The notes under the pieces were generated by a model. It ran no database searches, was not told the origin of the DNA, and was given only the letters and a program-made list of their open reading frames with translations. Made by a program: the position numbers and the translations under genes. This document shows, one piece after another, positions 1 to 13,321 of a DNA stretch of 64,000 bases. The first letter of the stretch is position 1. Each line of letters starts with the position of its first letter. Source of the DNA: Octopus vulgaris (lineage: Eukaryota); NCBI GenBank assembly GCA_951406725.2, contig OX597828.1, positions 70,184,001 through 70,248,000 of the forward strand. The letters run 5' to 3'.

Positions 1-449
1 GAGGAACCAAGATGTGAAAGGCAAAATGTTGGTTTTTATGCTGCTTACCACCTTGATCTACATGAAATGCTTGCCAGGAATAAAAATTGGTAAATCTTAA
101 AAGTCAATGGACCGGTAATTCCTAAAGAGATATAGCCACGGAAACTTGTCAATATTGTGATATTAGAAGACATTTTGGTGCTTACCATTTCAACTATGTG
201 ATAATACATTTATGTTTTAGACTATTAGATTGTTTTACACACATAATCATCATCATCATATATGTACACTTGCTAACAAAGTTCTACATACAAGAATAAA
301 TTCTAAACAATAACACAGCCCCAAATTTAACCAATAAAAATTTCTCCAAGACACCTTTCCATAACAACCAACTCTAAAACCTAATTACCACTCCATTAAA
401 AAAAAACCTAATCAAGGAAGATTTTCACTCAATAGACACTATGCATCGT

Positions 450-489
450 AGTCTGATGATGGCTTAACTGACAAAACTTCAAAGTTGTT
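450..489 (+). ncRNA. Degenerate hammerhead remnant (GAAACTTCAAAGT family)
   Basis: AGT-CTGATGA-TGGCTTAACTGAC-AAAA-CTTCAAAG-TT. GAAA box reads AAAA. Same stem III as at 27918 and 62857. Confidence 0.4.
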
Positions 490-501
490 CAAGAATAGTA
501 A

Positions 502-534
<33 letters not shown>

Positions 535-794
535 CTACTAATATAGGATGAAGTTTTTTTACAGAAAAAAATTTCATCAAGAAAAAGTGGCAGCATATTA
601 AAATACCTTTAAAGGTTAGAATTATAAACAACTTATAAACAAGGGCAAAAGAAAATTAATTCTATGCCAATATGCTGATAACAGACTTTTAAATTGTCAA
701 TTTCCACATATCATTATATACCCACTACAGAAATACGTTGTGCTGAAATCGAGGAAAGCTAACCAACAGAATTTTTTTTTTTTAAAGTTCGTTA

Positions 795-853
795 TTTCTA
801 TATTGAATCAATTTCAGAATTAATCTCATAGATTTTTTCCTCATCAGTAGAAA
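795..853 (-). ncRNA. Type I hammerhead ribozyme motif (left arm)
   Basis: Minus strand: TTTCTA-CTGATGA-GGAA(AAAATCTATGAGATTAA)TTCT-GAAA-TTGATTCAA-TA-TAGAAA. 6 bp stem I, extended stem II, short stem III, AUA cleavage triplet. Confidence 0.75.
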
Positions 854-1342
854 ATACGATAAGAAATAAATGAAATACTTACATGCGCCCATGGAAAAAA
901 AAAAACGAAGCAAAAGTCATGGGTACATATAAGTACCCCAGATATATCTAAATATAAAATCCTTTGGTCAGCTTCAGCACACGTGTGAACTGTTCTCCAC
1001 CACAGCTTATAGTGGTTACCAGTCCCTATAGCGAATGCCCTTGTTTATAAGTTGCTTATAATTTTAACCTTTAAAGGTATTTTAATATGCTGCCACATTT
1101 TTTGATGAAAATTTTTTCTGTAAAAAAACTTCATCCTATATTAGTAGTAGAGTTATCACTATTCGCTATAGGGGCTGGTAACCACTATAAGCTGTAGTAG
1201 AGAACAGTTCACACGTGTGCTGAGGCTAACCAAAGGATTTTATATTTAGATATATCTGGGGTACTTATGTGTACTCATGACTTTTGCTTCGGCTTTTTTT
1301 TCCATGGGCACATGTAAGTATTTCATTTATTTCTATTTGTAT

Positions 1343-1401
1343 TTTCTACTGAGGAGGAAAAAATCTATGAGATTAATTCTGAAATTGATTCAATATAGAA
1401 A
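1343..1401 (+). ncRNA. Type I hammerhead ribozyme motif (right arm)
   Basis: TTTCTA-CTGAGGA-GGAA...TTCT-GAAA-TTGATTCAA-TA-TAGAAA. Differs from the left copy only at the freely variable N7 core position. Predicted cut after 1395. Confidence 0.75.
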
Positions 1402-3333
1402 TAACGAACTTTAAAAAAAAATTCTGTTGGCTAGCTTTCCTCAATTTCAGCACAACATATTTCTGTAGTGGTTATATAATAATATGTGGAAATTGACGAT
1501 TTAAAAGTCTGTTATCAGCATATTGGCATAGAAATAATTTTCTTTTGCCCTTGTTTTATAAGTTGTTTATAATTTTAACCTTTAAAGGTATTTTAATATG
1601 CTGCCACTTTTTCTTGATGAAATTTTTTTTCTGTAAAAAACTTCATCCTATATTAGTAGTATATATATATATATATACTACTATATATATATATTACGGA
1701 GATGTACTCGCATAGCAAGTGATTTGATCTGAGATCGTGTGCTGGAACGAAAACAATTGCAGCGTGGAAGGTGTTTGTAAGCCATTTAAGAAACACACAA
1801 AAGCCGTTCGATTCACTTCAACATTTAAGTTCAACATTTACACTTCAACATTTACACTCATCACAGGTGCACTTTATGGATCTGAGTGAAACTAAGCAAT
1901 AATGTAGCTTTACATTTTTTTTTTAAATAACACAGAAAACTTTGGGAGAAATTTGGTTGCTATTTTTAGCTGGTTAAGTGTCACAGCAACTCATCGTTTA
2001 TACTGTTGTGGCACTTAGTCTATAGCTAAGGCATGATGATGATTATCATCATCATCATCCTCATCAACAACATCTTCCCTTGACACCTGTCTTTCATGCT
2101 TGCATGGGTTGGATGCTTTGACAGGATCCTATAAGTCAGAGGACTTGCCATGCTCCAGCTGAGCCACATACACCCAGCATGGTCTAGCTGTGTTTGTGGT
2201 AAATAGACACAACTGGAAGTGAAGTGATGAACTACTGAATTCTACATAACACTAGACACAGATGTATTGGTCTCCACTGTCAGCAGTGGGAGTACTGTGT
2301 AGCTGATGAGTGTTTTCTTCATTTTTAATGAGCTAAATTTAATCGGTTTGCTATCTTGTTAATTACCATAAAGTTGGAAGCTTTCATTGGCGCCATAGTG
2401 AAAACGCTTACGGTTCATATTTACAGGAAAGACATGCTAGAACTCTATCACACCATCACACCGTCACACCTTCCTGGTGAATTCTGTTGCCGTGTGAATG
2501 TTCTCTGCACATTTAACAAGAGGAAGAAGAACACAAAGTGGCAGAGTAAGGAATGGGTGGCAGAACAATACGTGAGGAAGTATAATGATGCTTGATGTTA
2601 TACGTGAAAGTGAAACTAGGAGACATACATGTTTTGAGGAAATCAACGAAAATAAACAACAACAACAACAAAACAGAAAGGTAGGGTGGAGGTTGGGGTG
2701 GGGAGTGGGGTTGAGGTGGGGGGAGTAAAGTTTATCTCCAATAATTTTGAATTTGGCATTTAGCTAATCCCTTTAATGTTTTTGATATGTTTTAAATAAT
2801 TAATGATGCCTGGAAAATTCGTTGTATAACAAATAATTAGTTATTATTTGCCAACCTGTTTTCATTTCCTCGGTTTTGTTGCTAGAAAAATTTTCAGTTT
2901 AAAAGATTAATGAACAGAATGAAGAGAGCTGTGACTTACATAATAGCAAAGACTCGTTAGTTTGATGAAGTTAGCCTCAAAACTCATTCTCTCGTCTTCG
3001 TTCAACAGAGAAATAATCAATGACTGTATATTTTAAACTGTTTTTTTCTCCCCTTTTCTTTGCATTTCATCTACTTTCCTCCTCTCCTCCGTTTCCCCCC
3101 CCCCCTACATTTTGCAATCAATCTATGTTTCTCGTGACCTGACTGCCTCATTATATATACACATACTGACAAGCACATATATATACTGGAGTTCATTATA
3201 CACCCACAAACCCATACGGCACACAGCTTGTTATACGCCCACAAACATGTATACAGCACATGTGTAGAGCTTATGAAAATGCTAATGCAAACACAGGAGA
3301 AAGTTGCAGACATCGATTGTACCGTTCGCTGCC

Positions 3334-4215
3334 ACCACCGCCGCCACCACCGCCACCACCACCACCGCCACTGCCACTGCTGTCGTTGCCATACACCACT
3401 GATACTAATACTACCATCGTGACCACTTACCATTGTGATGTGCTGAGCATTGTGATTGTAACTGCTCACCGTCGACACTACCACAACTACCACCATGACC
3501 ATGGACTGCTATCACTCTTAGAACCACATGCATCGCCACCACCACCACTATCGCCACCACCACCACCACTATCGCCACCACCACCACCACTATCGCCACT
3601 ACCACCACCACCGCCATCACCACCATTCATCCTTTGCATAACTGTCACTACTGTCCTCACCACCATCACCATCACCATCATCATCATCAATATTATCACC
3701 AACACCACATTGACCAGCATCAACCCCCCACACACACACAAACACCACCACCACCAATTACCACAGCCACCATTGCTATCATTTAAACACTCATCACCAT
3801 CATCATCATCATCTAATACATGTCCACCACCACCGCCACCACCACTATCATCACCACCAACAGCACCAATGCCACTACAACTATCACCACCACAGCCACC
3901 ATCACTACCACCACCACAGCCATCACTGCCACTACCACCACCACTAACACCACCACCACTACCACCACCACTACCACCACCACTACCATCACCACCACCA
4001 GTCATCACTATCACCACCACTACCACCAGCACCACAGCCACCATCACATCACCACCACAATCACAACCACCTCCACCACAATCATCGGCACCAGTGACAC
4101 TACCACCAACACCACCCCCATCAATACTGCAAGTCCACTGACCCAATCACCAAAACCACTACTGCCATGCCAACACCGTTTACCTTAATCACCCTGCCCA
4201 CCACCACCACTACAA
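3334..4215. repeat. (CAC/CAT/ACT)n low-complexity trinucleotide array
   Basis: Degenerate CCA/CAT repeats, which produce the Pro/Thr/His/Gly-rich pseudo-ORFs in all frames. Confidence 0.9.
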
Positions 4216-4389
4216 TTAAAACTGATTGCATTGCTAGAAGTCATTGGTGGATCTTCCAAGATATAATAGACTTGAACAACAATTTGGACAGAGAAAGGAA
4301 CTTATATACACTCACAGTGTTTATAAACACATTGTGGGTGCAGATACACACATATATACATACACATGCACACATACACACATATATGC

Positions 4390-4406
4390 ATCTATCTATC
4401 TATCTG

Positions 4407-4472
<66 letters not shown>
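4390..4472. repeat. (ATCT)n microsatellite
   Basis: Direct reading. Confidence 0.95.
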
Positions 4473-4474
<2 letters not shown>

Positions 4475-4494
4475 GCAATCTGTCTAGTCTATTA

Positions 4495-4893
4495 TTCTTT
4501 TACTTGTCTCAGTCATTTGACTGCGGCCATGCTGGAACACTGCCTTTAGTTGAACAAATCGACCCCAGGACATTTTCTTTGTAAACCTAGTACTTATTCT
4601 ATAGGTCCCTTTTGCCAAATCCCTAAGTTACAGGGACGTAAACACACCAACATCGGTTGTCAAGCGATAGTGGGGTACAAACACAGACACGCAAATATAT
4701 AGATACATACACACACACACACACATATACACGATATGCTTCTCTCAGTTTCTGTCTACCAAATCCACTCACAAGGCTTTGGTTGGCCCAATGCTACAGT
4801 AGAAGATATTTGCCCAATGTGCCACACAGTGGGACTGAACCTGGAGCCATGTAGTTGGGAAGTGAGCTTCTTATCATACAGCCATGCTTGTGC
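4495..4893 (-). mobile_element. tRNA-headed SINE family A (CORE-like CCTTGGGCAAGT box, internal (CA)n)
   Basis: Minus-strand head resembles a tRNA with A/B boxes. Further copies at about 7850-7985, 8551-8862, 9845-9935, 10798-11185, 18465-18870, 26940-27458, 40103-40270, 43580-43965, 44560-44770, 51995-52412, 56610-57030 and 57355-57500. Confidence 0.85.
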
Positions 4894-5680
4894 CTATCAA
4901 TATATATATATATATATATATAGTCTGAAGTTTTACATATGCTTTTCCGCAGTGGCACTGGTTGGATGAGACTTTTGTGTCTTTGTTTATAGTGAATGTT
5001 GGCAACCGGAAGAGCATCTGGCTGTAGAAAATCTGCTTCAATGAATTCCATCTGAGTGGCCCATGCAAGCATTGAAAAGTGGATGTTAAAATGGTGATGA
5101 TTTTGATGATGATGATGTGTATGTGTGTGAGTATGTGTGTGTGTAGGTGTGCTTATATGTGTGTGTTTCTTTATATTTAGCATTGCACAAAAGTTGCAAT
5201 CTAAGAGAAGTGTTATTGACAATTCTTCTATCAACAAATCATCTGCTTACTTGAAAAAGTAAGGTTTTGCGACAAGAAGGGCACCTGGCTGTAAAACAGG
5301 ACCCATGCTAATGATACTGGATAATATAATGAGAGATAAATTGTTGGAAAAGAGAGGATGATCATGCCTGGATTGCCTTTGATTACACATAAGCTTGGCC
5401 AGGGATATTTTGGTACTAAACAACAATATGACAATGAATGCAAATGTATAAATCTATAGGGTTTCTTGTAGTTTTCAGTAGGAAATCTTTTCCATCTGTG
5501 TGTATGTGTGTGCATGTGTCTGTGTGTATGTACGTATGTATGTACATACCTACATATGCATATACCTATGTACTTCTCTTTCTCTTTTTAATTTCAGAGT
5601 ATATTTTGACCGGTCACTCACTGACTTGGTAGTAAGGTTGTGAAGGAAAGTCTCTTGTTTTGTTCATCATCCTTTAAATT

Positions 5681-6060
5681 TTAGGAAAGCTTGTACATTT
5701 TTATAGTCCTCAATATCATGATCCTCTGTAGTGTATGAATTAAGGATTTGCATGCTCTCCCCAAGATCCCAAGTTCAGCCATACTTTGCTCCAGACAGGT
5801 CGGTATGTATCCTGTTGCTCCAATAATTATAGGAATGAAGCTGAAAGTGTATCTTGGGTCCTGGATTTGCAAACTCCTTATCAATGGTCCATAAATGTCC
5901 TCTTTCTCTTCTATCTTCCTAACCACATTGGTGTCCAGAGGGCAGCTGATTTCCGCAACAGTACATATCTTTTCTTTGTAATCCCACCACAATAATATCT
6001 AACCAGTTGTTCCAGTTAACCTGGTGGCTGTTTTAATTTTTAAGTTCCACCAATATTCTT
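5681..6060 (-). mobile_element. Non-LTR retrotransposon 3' fragment, restriction-like endonuclease (R4/Dong-type)
   Basis: Translation EYWWN..IKTAT...WWD..EKICTVAEISCPLDTNVVRKIEEK..Y...FIPIIIGATGYIP matches the REL endonuclease C-terminus (E-x-S-x-P, K..EK..Y, IPIIIGA.G). Frameshifted. Confidence 0.75.
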
Positions 6061-6471
6061 TTGACCGATCAGTCTCAATATTTATATATGATGTATATAT
6101 GACTGTATGTAATTATGTATGTGTGTATATGTACACAGCCAGTGGGTAGATTTTATTTGTTGCCCAGTTTAATACCATTAGCTGGAATTAATTAACTAGA
6201 AACTCTCTCAGCAGCATTGATTGAAGTAAAGCCGTGCACAATTATATTTAACACACTCTTGTACACCCTCACATGGACAGACCTTTGCTGCAGAAACTGT
6301 CTTGGGAGAGAAATTCTTCTAATAGATAATATGTGTGTGAAAAATACATCATGCTGGGTTATGAATGGCATCATTAGATTGTACTATTTTACGTTTCTGC
6401 ATTGTTACGCTTCATCTGCTACAGACATTGAATCCATCATTTACAGCCCCATAAGAATTCTGTCCTTGTAT

Positions 6472-6693
6472 TTAATCCTTTAGCTTTCAGATAATTCTGT
6501 CAAATATTTATTTATTCACATTGTTTTAAATTAACCATTCATTAACTCACAGCTTTGAGATTTCAATTATGTGATTGCTTATTTTTAGAATGACATTGTA
6601 GGGTAGGTGTGAGAGGCTGGATCTGGCTGGTTTGAACATAAAACAGCTGGAACATTTGGGCATGATATGACCAATTTAAACGCTAAAGGGTTA
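6472..6693. mobile_element. piggyBac-type MITE (~220 bp)
   Basis: Ends TTAA-TCCTTTAGC ... GCTAAAGGG-TTAG, i.e. CCCTTTAGC-like TIRs with a TTAA-like TSD. A homologous copy lies in the opposite orientation at 32750-32965. Confidence 0.65.
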
Positions 6694-6827
6694 GACCGCT
6701 AATAGTAGATTTGCTGATGTGTGCAAAGCTTATCAAGCTAGAGTTAATTAACTAGAGGCATACTAAGTAGCAATGATTAAACAGGTGTTTACTCACAAAT
6801 TTGAAAAGACTTTCATTGTAGAAATTG

Positions 6828-6829
<2 letters not shown>

Positions 6830-6859
<30 letters not shown>

Positions 6860-6978
6860 CTTCTTCTTCTTCTTCTTCTTCTTCTTCTTCTTCTTCTTCT
6901 TCTTCTTCTTCTTCTTCTTCTTCTTCTTCTTCTTCTTCTTCTTCTTCTTCTTCTTCTTCTTCTTCTTCTTCTTCTTCA
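6830..6978. repeat. Pure (CTT)n/(GAA)n tract, ~49 units
   Basis: Direct reading. Confidence 0.95.
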
Positions 6979-7677
6979 TCATCCTCGTCATCGTCATCAT
7001 CATCTCCATGAGTCTTGCCATCATCATCATCATCTCCATCATCAGCACTGTTGTTCTCATCATCATCATCATCACTATCATCATCCCCTTCACCACCACT
7101 AACAACAACAATACCACCATCATTTTTACCACCACAACCACCACCGTCACTCCCACCACCACAGTAGTTCTTATTATTGTTGTTATTGTTATTATTATCA
7201 TCTTTATTTTGGTGTGTTACATGTGATTTCTACATCGCAGCATGTGTTAGAAAGTTCTAGAACACGCCATATTTGCATGCGTCTTCATCTATTAGACTAA
7301 ATGTCATGATATAATTTGATAAAACCAATAAAACAATGATAGATAGAAACCAAGACAGAGATCTTAACCGTTGCATCAATCATCAACAGAGAGAGATGCC
7401 AATTAATGTATTATTCACGAAACAATTCCACAATGGTCTTTGGAAACGGTAAAACTTTTATCCTTATTTACTTTCATATTTGTTTTTATATTATAATGGT
7501 GAAAAATAGCAATGGCGGTGGTCACAGGTTTCCAATGGACTAATCACTGATTCACAGCATTTCTGACAGTGAGAGCGATAAGGGAGTGGTTGTTACGTGG
7601 TGCAGAACAAATATCATAGAACAATTGTTTCTTTCTTTTTCGTTTGTTTTCTTGAAAGATTCACACACACACACACA

Positions 7678-7726
<49 letters not shown>

Positions 7727-8224
7727 ACACACATGCACACATACACACACACACAAACACACATGCACAGATGCATGCATGTACACACAGGCATATACGT
7801 ACATAGACACATGCATACATACATGATGTGCACACGTTCATATACATATGCATGAGTGGTAATATATTTACTCCCTAACCACATGGTTTTGAGTTCAGTT
7901 TGAATGCTTGGCACCTTGGCAAGTGTCTTTTGCTACTGCCCCAGGTCAACCAAAGCCTTGTGAGTGGATTTGGTTGAGAGACGCCCATCATTCATCCATC
8001 CATCCATCCATCCATCCATACATACATACATACATACACACACACACATACATACATACATACATACATACATACATACATACATACACACATACATAAA
8101 TACATACATACATACACACATACATACATACATACATAAATACATACATACATACATACATACACACATACATACATACATACACACACATACATACATA
8201 CATACACACATACATATGTATATG

Positions 8225-8538
8225 GAGGAGCACTCCATCAGTTACAATGATGAGAGTCCCAACTGATGCAATCAACAAAACAGCTTGCTTGTGAAATTAA
8301 GGTACAAGTGGCTGAGGACTCCATAGACACCTGTACCCTTCATGTAGTTCTCAGGAAGGTTCAGTGTGACACAGAATGTGACGAGGCTGGCCCTTTTGAA
8401 TTACAGGTACATTTTTGCCAGTGGACTGGAGTAACGTGAAATAATGTGTCTTGCTCAAGGTCACAATGTGTCGCCAGGAATTGAACTCACGACATTGCGA
8501 TCATGAGCGGAATGCCCTAACCACTAAGCCACATGCCT
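8225..8538 (-). mobile_element. tRNA-headed SINE family D (GTGTCCTTGAGCAAGACAC box)
   Basis: Head GGCATGTGGCTTAGTGGTTAGGGCATTC...GAGTTCAATTCC on the minus strand. Copies at 18096-18280, 36980-37110, 57075-57350 and 58872-59035. Confidence 0.8.
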
Positions 8539-9980
8539 ATATATATATCTAAAGCACCACCTTTAGCCAAAGAAATTGATCCCAGGACTTATTCTTTGTA
8601 AGCCTAATACTTATTCTATTAGTCCCTTTTGCTGAACTGCTAAGTTCAACACCAACCTCAATTATCAAGTGATGGTAGTGGTGGTGGTGGTGGGGGGGGG
8701 GGCAAGGGCTTGTTTTCAGCTTCTGTCTACCAAATCCACTCACAAGGCTTTGGTCGGTCCAAGGCTATAGTAGAAGACACTTGCCCAAGGTACCATGTAA
8801 TGGGACTGAACCCAGAACTATGTGGTTGGGAAGCAAGCTTCTTACCATACAGCCACACCTGAACCTATATATATCATCATTGCCATCATTAAATGTTCAT
8901 TTTCCAAGCTGGCATGGGTTGGACAGTTCACCGAGAGCTGGCAAGCTGGAGAGCTACACCAGGCTTCGTTTGTCTGTTTTGACATGGTCTCTATGGTTGG
9001 ATGCCCTTCCTAATGCCACACACGTATTCACATACACACACACACACACATATATGTGTCTGGTGCTGGTACCATGTAAAAGCACCTGTGCTGGAGTCAT
9101 GTAAAAAAAGGAACCTGTGCAGGTGTCGCATAAAAACTCCAGTACCGGTGCCATTTAAAGGCACCCGTGTTGGTGCCAAGTAATAGCATCCATGCTGGAG
9201 CCATGTTAAAGCACCCAGTACGCTCTGTAAAGTGGTTGGGGTTAGGAAGGGCATAGGAACCCTGCCAAAACTGATAAATGGAGTCTGGGTAGCTCTCCAG
9301 CTGGCCAACTCCTTTCACATTGTCCAACCCATGCCAGCATTGGAGAATGGATGTTAAAAGATGATGACGATGATGATGATGATATGCTTAGCAACAGTGT
9401 CATTTTATCTATGTCCCCATGACTCAGCAATTCAGCAAATGAAACTGATATATTATGTTCCAGACTTAAAATAAACGCTGTGGATCAATTTGTTTGACTA
9501 AACCTACAGAACAGTGCTCCAGCATGATCACAATCCAACTAAAAGAATATAAGAGATATTTGATAGGCTTCTACACAGTTTCCATTTGTCAAATTCCAGT
9601 CATAAAATATTGGTTGACTCAAGGCCATTGTAGACACGTGCCCAAATACTGGCACCTGACGGGGTCGAGCCTGGAAGCTTGTGATTGTGAAGAAAATTTC
9701 TTCATCACACAGCCACCTTATAGGATCTGCCCAAACTAAATTTGATCACGAAGACAAATTGTTGAGAGGAAGGAAAGCAATTAATTAAGAATTATTCATT
9801 GTAAATATTGGAAAAGCAATAAATTAGAAACACAATTATCTGCACGGCACCTTGGGCAAGTCTTCTACTCTAGCCCCCTTACCAACCAATAGTTTACGAG
9901 TAAATTTGATTGCCAGAAACTGTATGGAAGCCTGTTATGTGTGTGTGTGTGAGTGTGTGTGTGTGTTTGTAAAGAATGTG

Positions 9981-10020
<40 letters not shown>

Positions 10021-10797
10021 TGAGAGGAAGCAAAGCAATTAATTCCCAATCGTTCGTTGTAAATATTGCAAAAACAATAAATTTGAAGCTCTCTTGTAAT
10101 TATTGGATTAGCCAAATCTATAGATCACCGATTCTTTTGCTTCTTAGGCGCATCTTTCTTAGTTCCGAATCCAGTTCCCCCAATGTTCATTTTACCTTTT
10201 ATCCACCTGGGAGAGATAAAACAAAATATCAGTGAAATACTGGGGGTAAATTCCAACTTTCCACCTTTGTGATGTTTGTGGCTTGGCACTGATTTAAGAA
10301 ACAAAATTTTGCAAGTTTCATTTAAAAAGGAAAGGGAGAGTAGGGAGTGGAGACACACCATAGGGTGAGCCGGAATTATCATCATCATCATCATCATCAT
10401 CCAGTGTTTTAAACCTGGGTTTTGTCCCCGTTAATGGGGTGGCCAGATCTACCTCAATGCCATAGCAACTGAGGTAGGCAGGTGCAGTCTACCCCAACCT
10501 TTGGGCTAGCTGGTGTCCATCCTCTTTGTTATCACGAGGCTTTTTTGGAGTTGGTTTTTCTACGTGGCGAATGCCCTTGCTTACCCCGAACCTCAGTTTC
10601 TAGACATGAGTAGTCACAAGACCAAGGCCTCTACCGAAGTTTTTAAGAAATCAGGTGGAAAACTAGCTCAGGAAATCAGGGACACTACTCCCTAAGACCC
10701 CTTTCAGAGCCCCCCCCCCCCTGCCTCACTTATTTGTTATTTTTCTTAATATGTTTATTTTATTTCTTAACATTTATTGTTATCGTATTCTTTTTCT

Positions 10798-11185
10798 TTT
10801 ATTCTTTAACTTGTTTCAGTCATTTGACTGCGGCCATGCTGGAGCACCACCATTAGTCGAGCAAATCGACCCCAGGACTTATTCTTTGTAAGCCTAGTAC
10901 TTATTCTAGCGGTCTTTTTTGCTGAACCGCTAAGTTACGGGAACACAAACGCACCAGGTTGTCAAACGATGTCGGGGGGACAAACACAGACACACAAACA
11001 CACACACACATATATATATATATACATACGACGGGCTTCTTTCAGTTTCTGTCTACCAAATCCAGTGACAAGGCTTTGGTCAGCCCGAGGCTATAGTAGA
11101 AGACACTTGCCCAAGATGCCACGTTGTGGGACTGAACCCGGAACCATGAGGTTGGTAAGCAAGCTACTTACCACACAGCCACTCG
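10798..11185 (-). mobile_element. SINE family A, near full-length copy
   Basis: High similarity to 4495-4893 and 26940-27458, and retains CpGs. Confidence 0.85.
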
Positions 11186-11339
11186 TACGCCTTTTTTTTT
11201 TTTGTTTTAATTTCACAATCCAATTTGCATATCTCTTACCTACCACTTTTTTTTCCTTTTAAATTTGTCTTTCTAATGTCATTTTAACAGTCCACTCTCC
11301 TAGCATATTAAATAAATTATTATTATTTTTATTTTATTA

Positions 11340-12045
11340 AGGTGGTGAGCTGCTGGCATTATTAGCACACTAGGTGAAATGCTTAGTGGTATTTTGTATT
11401 ACATGTTCTGGGTTCAAATTCTGCCAAGGTCAACTTTGCCTTTCATCCTTTCGGGGTCAGTATATTAAGTACCAGTTAAGCACTGGGGTCAATGTAATCA
11501 ATTTATTCCCTCCCACAAAATTTCAGGCCTTGTACCTATAGTAGAAAGGATTATTAATATTATTATTATTCTGATGGCAAGTTGACAGAATCATTACTGT
11601 ACCGGACAAAATGCTGCCAAGTGTTTTCTCTATCTTTATGTTCTGAGTTCAAATTATGCTGAGAGACATTGCCTGTCATCCTTTTGGGGGTCAATAAAAT
11701 AAGTTCCATTTGAGCACCAGGGTCAATGCAATCAACTTACCTCACTACCTACCGAAATTGCAGGCCTTGTGCCAAAATCTGAAACCATTATCATCATCAT
11801 CATCATCATCATCATCATCGTTGTCGTCATCATCATCAGTATTAATATTATTAAATTGTCAAGTTGGCAGGAATGTTAGTGTATTGGCCAAAATGTTTAG
11901 ATGCATTTGTTCCAACTCTCAGCATTCTGAGTTCAAATTCTGCTGAGGTCAACTTTATTTTACATCTTTTCAGGATTGATAAAATAGAGCACTAATCGAG
12001 TACCCCTTAAAATTGCAGGCCTTGTGCCAAAATTTGAAGCCATTA
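11340..12045 (+). mobile_element. Tandem cluster of three SINE family B copies (Meta-domain-like GCCTTTCATCCTTTCGGGGTC...AAGTACCAG)
   Basis: Three head-to-tail copies separated by (TTA)n/(CAT)n tails. tRNA-like B box GAGTTCAAATTC. Confidence 0.8.
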
Positions 12046-12430
12046 TTATCATTATTATTAATGAAGGCTGACCAGTGGCTAAACAACCACCACACCATCT
12101 GTCCTACTATGTTTAAAGCATTATTACCACCTATCTATCCTTTAATGTATTTTATTTGACCAGAAGCTAGTCCCCAGCTTATTTACCTTACAGGAAATAT
12201 TTCTTAGTTTCTCCTATAATTAATCAATATAGGAAAGATAGAGGGGGGATTTATTGATTTTTTTTTCTCTTGTCTGTAGACCACACCTAGTGAAACCTCT
12301 TTGTCTTCACCATAACTCAAGATCTACTGAAACTAAGCTGTCTATTCTTAGCAGATTACTACTTCATTCATCAGCCTCAACACACACACACACATGTATA
12401 AATTTATATATACATGTGTGTGTGTATATA

Positions 12431-12470
<40 letters not shown>

Positions 12471-12998
12471 TATGTATGTATATATATATGTATCTATTTA
12501 GGTGTGTATATGTATATTTACATGTGTTTATAATATGTGTGTGTGTGTGTGGGTGTGTATTATAGTATGTGTATTATAAGATATATATGTATGTATGCTT
12601 TTGAGTATAAATCATAAGTCGTTTTATTAATAGAGTGTTATTTACTAAGTGGGAGTACACCACATACGATACGATACGTTAGAGAGAGGAAAGAGGGGTG
12701 TGTATAACATATAAAATTGGCCATATATCATGGGATGATGTTTTATATATATATATATATCTAATCAGGGTGTATATATCATGCTGTGATCTTTATAGAT
12801 CTAGCGGGGCAGGGGTGTACTTTCGGTATTGTTGTTTTCTGTTACTCAAACATCAATTTCGGTGAAACAATAAACAAAGCATTTTCAATGACAATCAAAC
12901 GTGTTAATAAATTATGTATAAATTGTGATATTCATAGTGAGAATATAAAAGCGTATTGATAATAATGATAATGATAATAATAGTAATAATAATAATAA

Positions 12999-13092
<94 letters not shown>

Positions 13093-13190
13093 TAATAAAA
13101 ATAATAATAGTAGTAATGATAATGATAATGATAATAATGATAATGATAATAAAATTGATGTGTACATTTTACAGTGTATTTGTTTGAAAG

Positions 13191-13260
<70 letters not shown>

Positions 13261-13271
13261 TATCATTATTA

Positions 13272-13319
<48 letters not shown>

Positions 13320-13321
<2 letters not shown>

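Larger units (their letters stand above)
533..1661. mobile_element. Palindromic non-coding hammerhead-bearing retroelement (Penelope-like/retrozyme-type), two ~500 bp inverted arms, inserted in (TA)n
   Basis: 533-1034 is the reverse complement of 1162-1661 with scattered substitutions. The spacer 1036-1149 is a direct copy of the last ~115 bp (1546-1661). Flanked by (TA)n on both sides. HHR core in each arm. Confidence 0.8.

Noticed and set aside
2356-2595. 79 aa ORF in unique sequence
   Set aside because: Non-ATG start, no recognisable homology and no convincing splice pair.
3260-4141. 293 aa proline-rich, formin/extensin-like ORF and overlapping Gly/Thr-rich ORFs
   Set aside because: Translation of (CCA)n-type repeats. 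Open in several frames on both strands, with no domain or splice support.
11110-11185. tRNA-like sequences
   Set aside because: These are SINE heads followed by SINE bodies, not tRNA genes.
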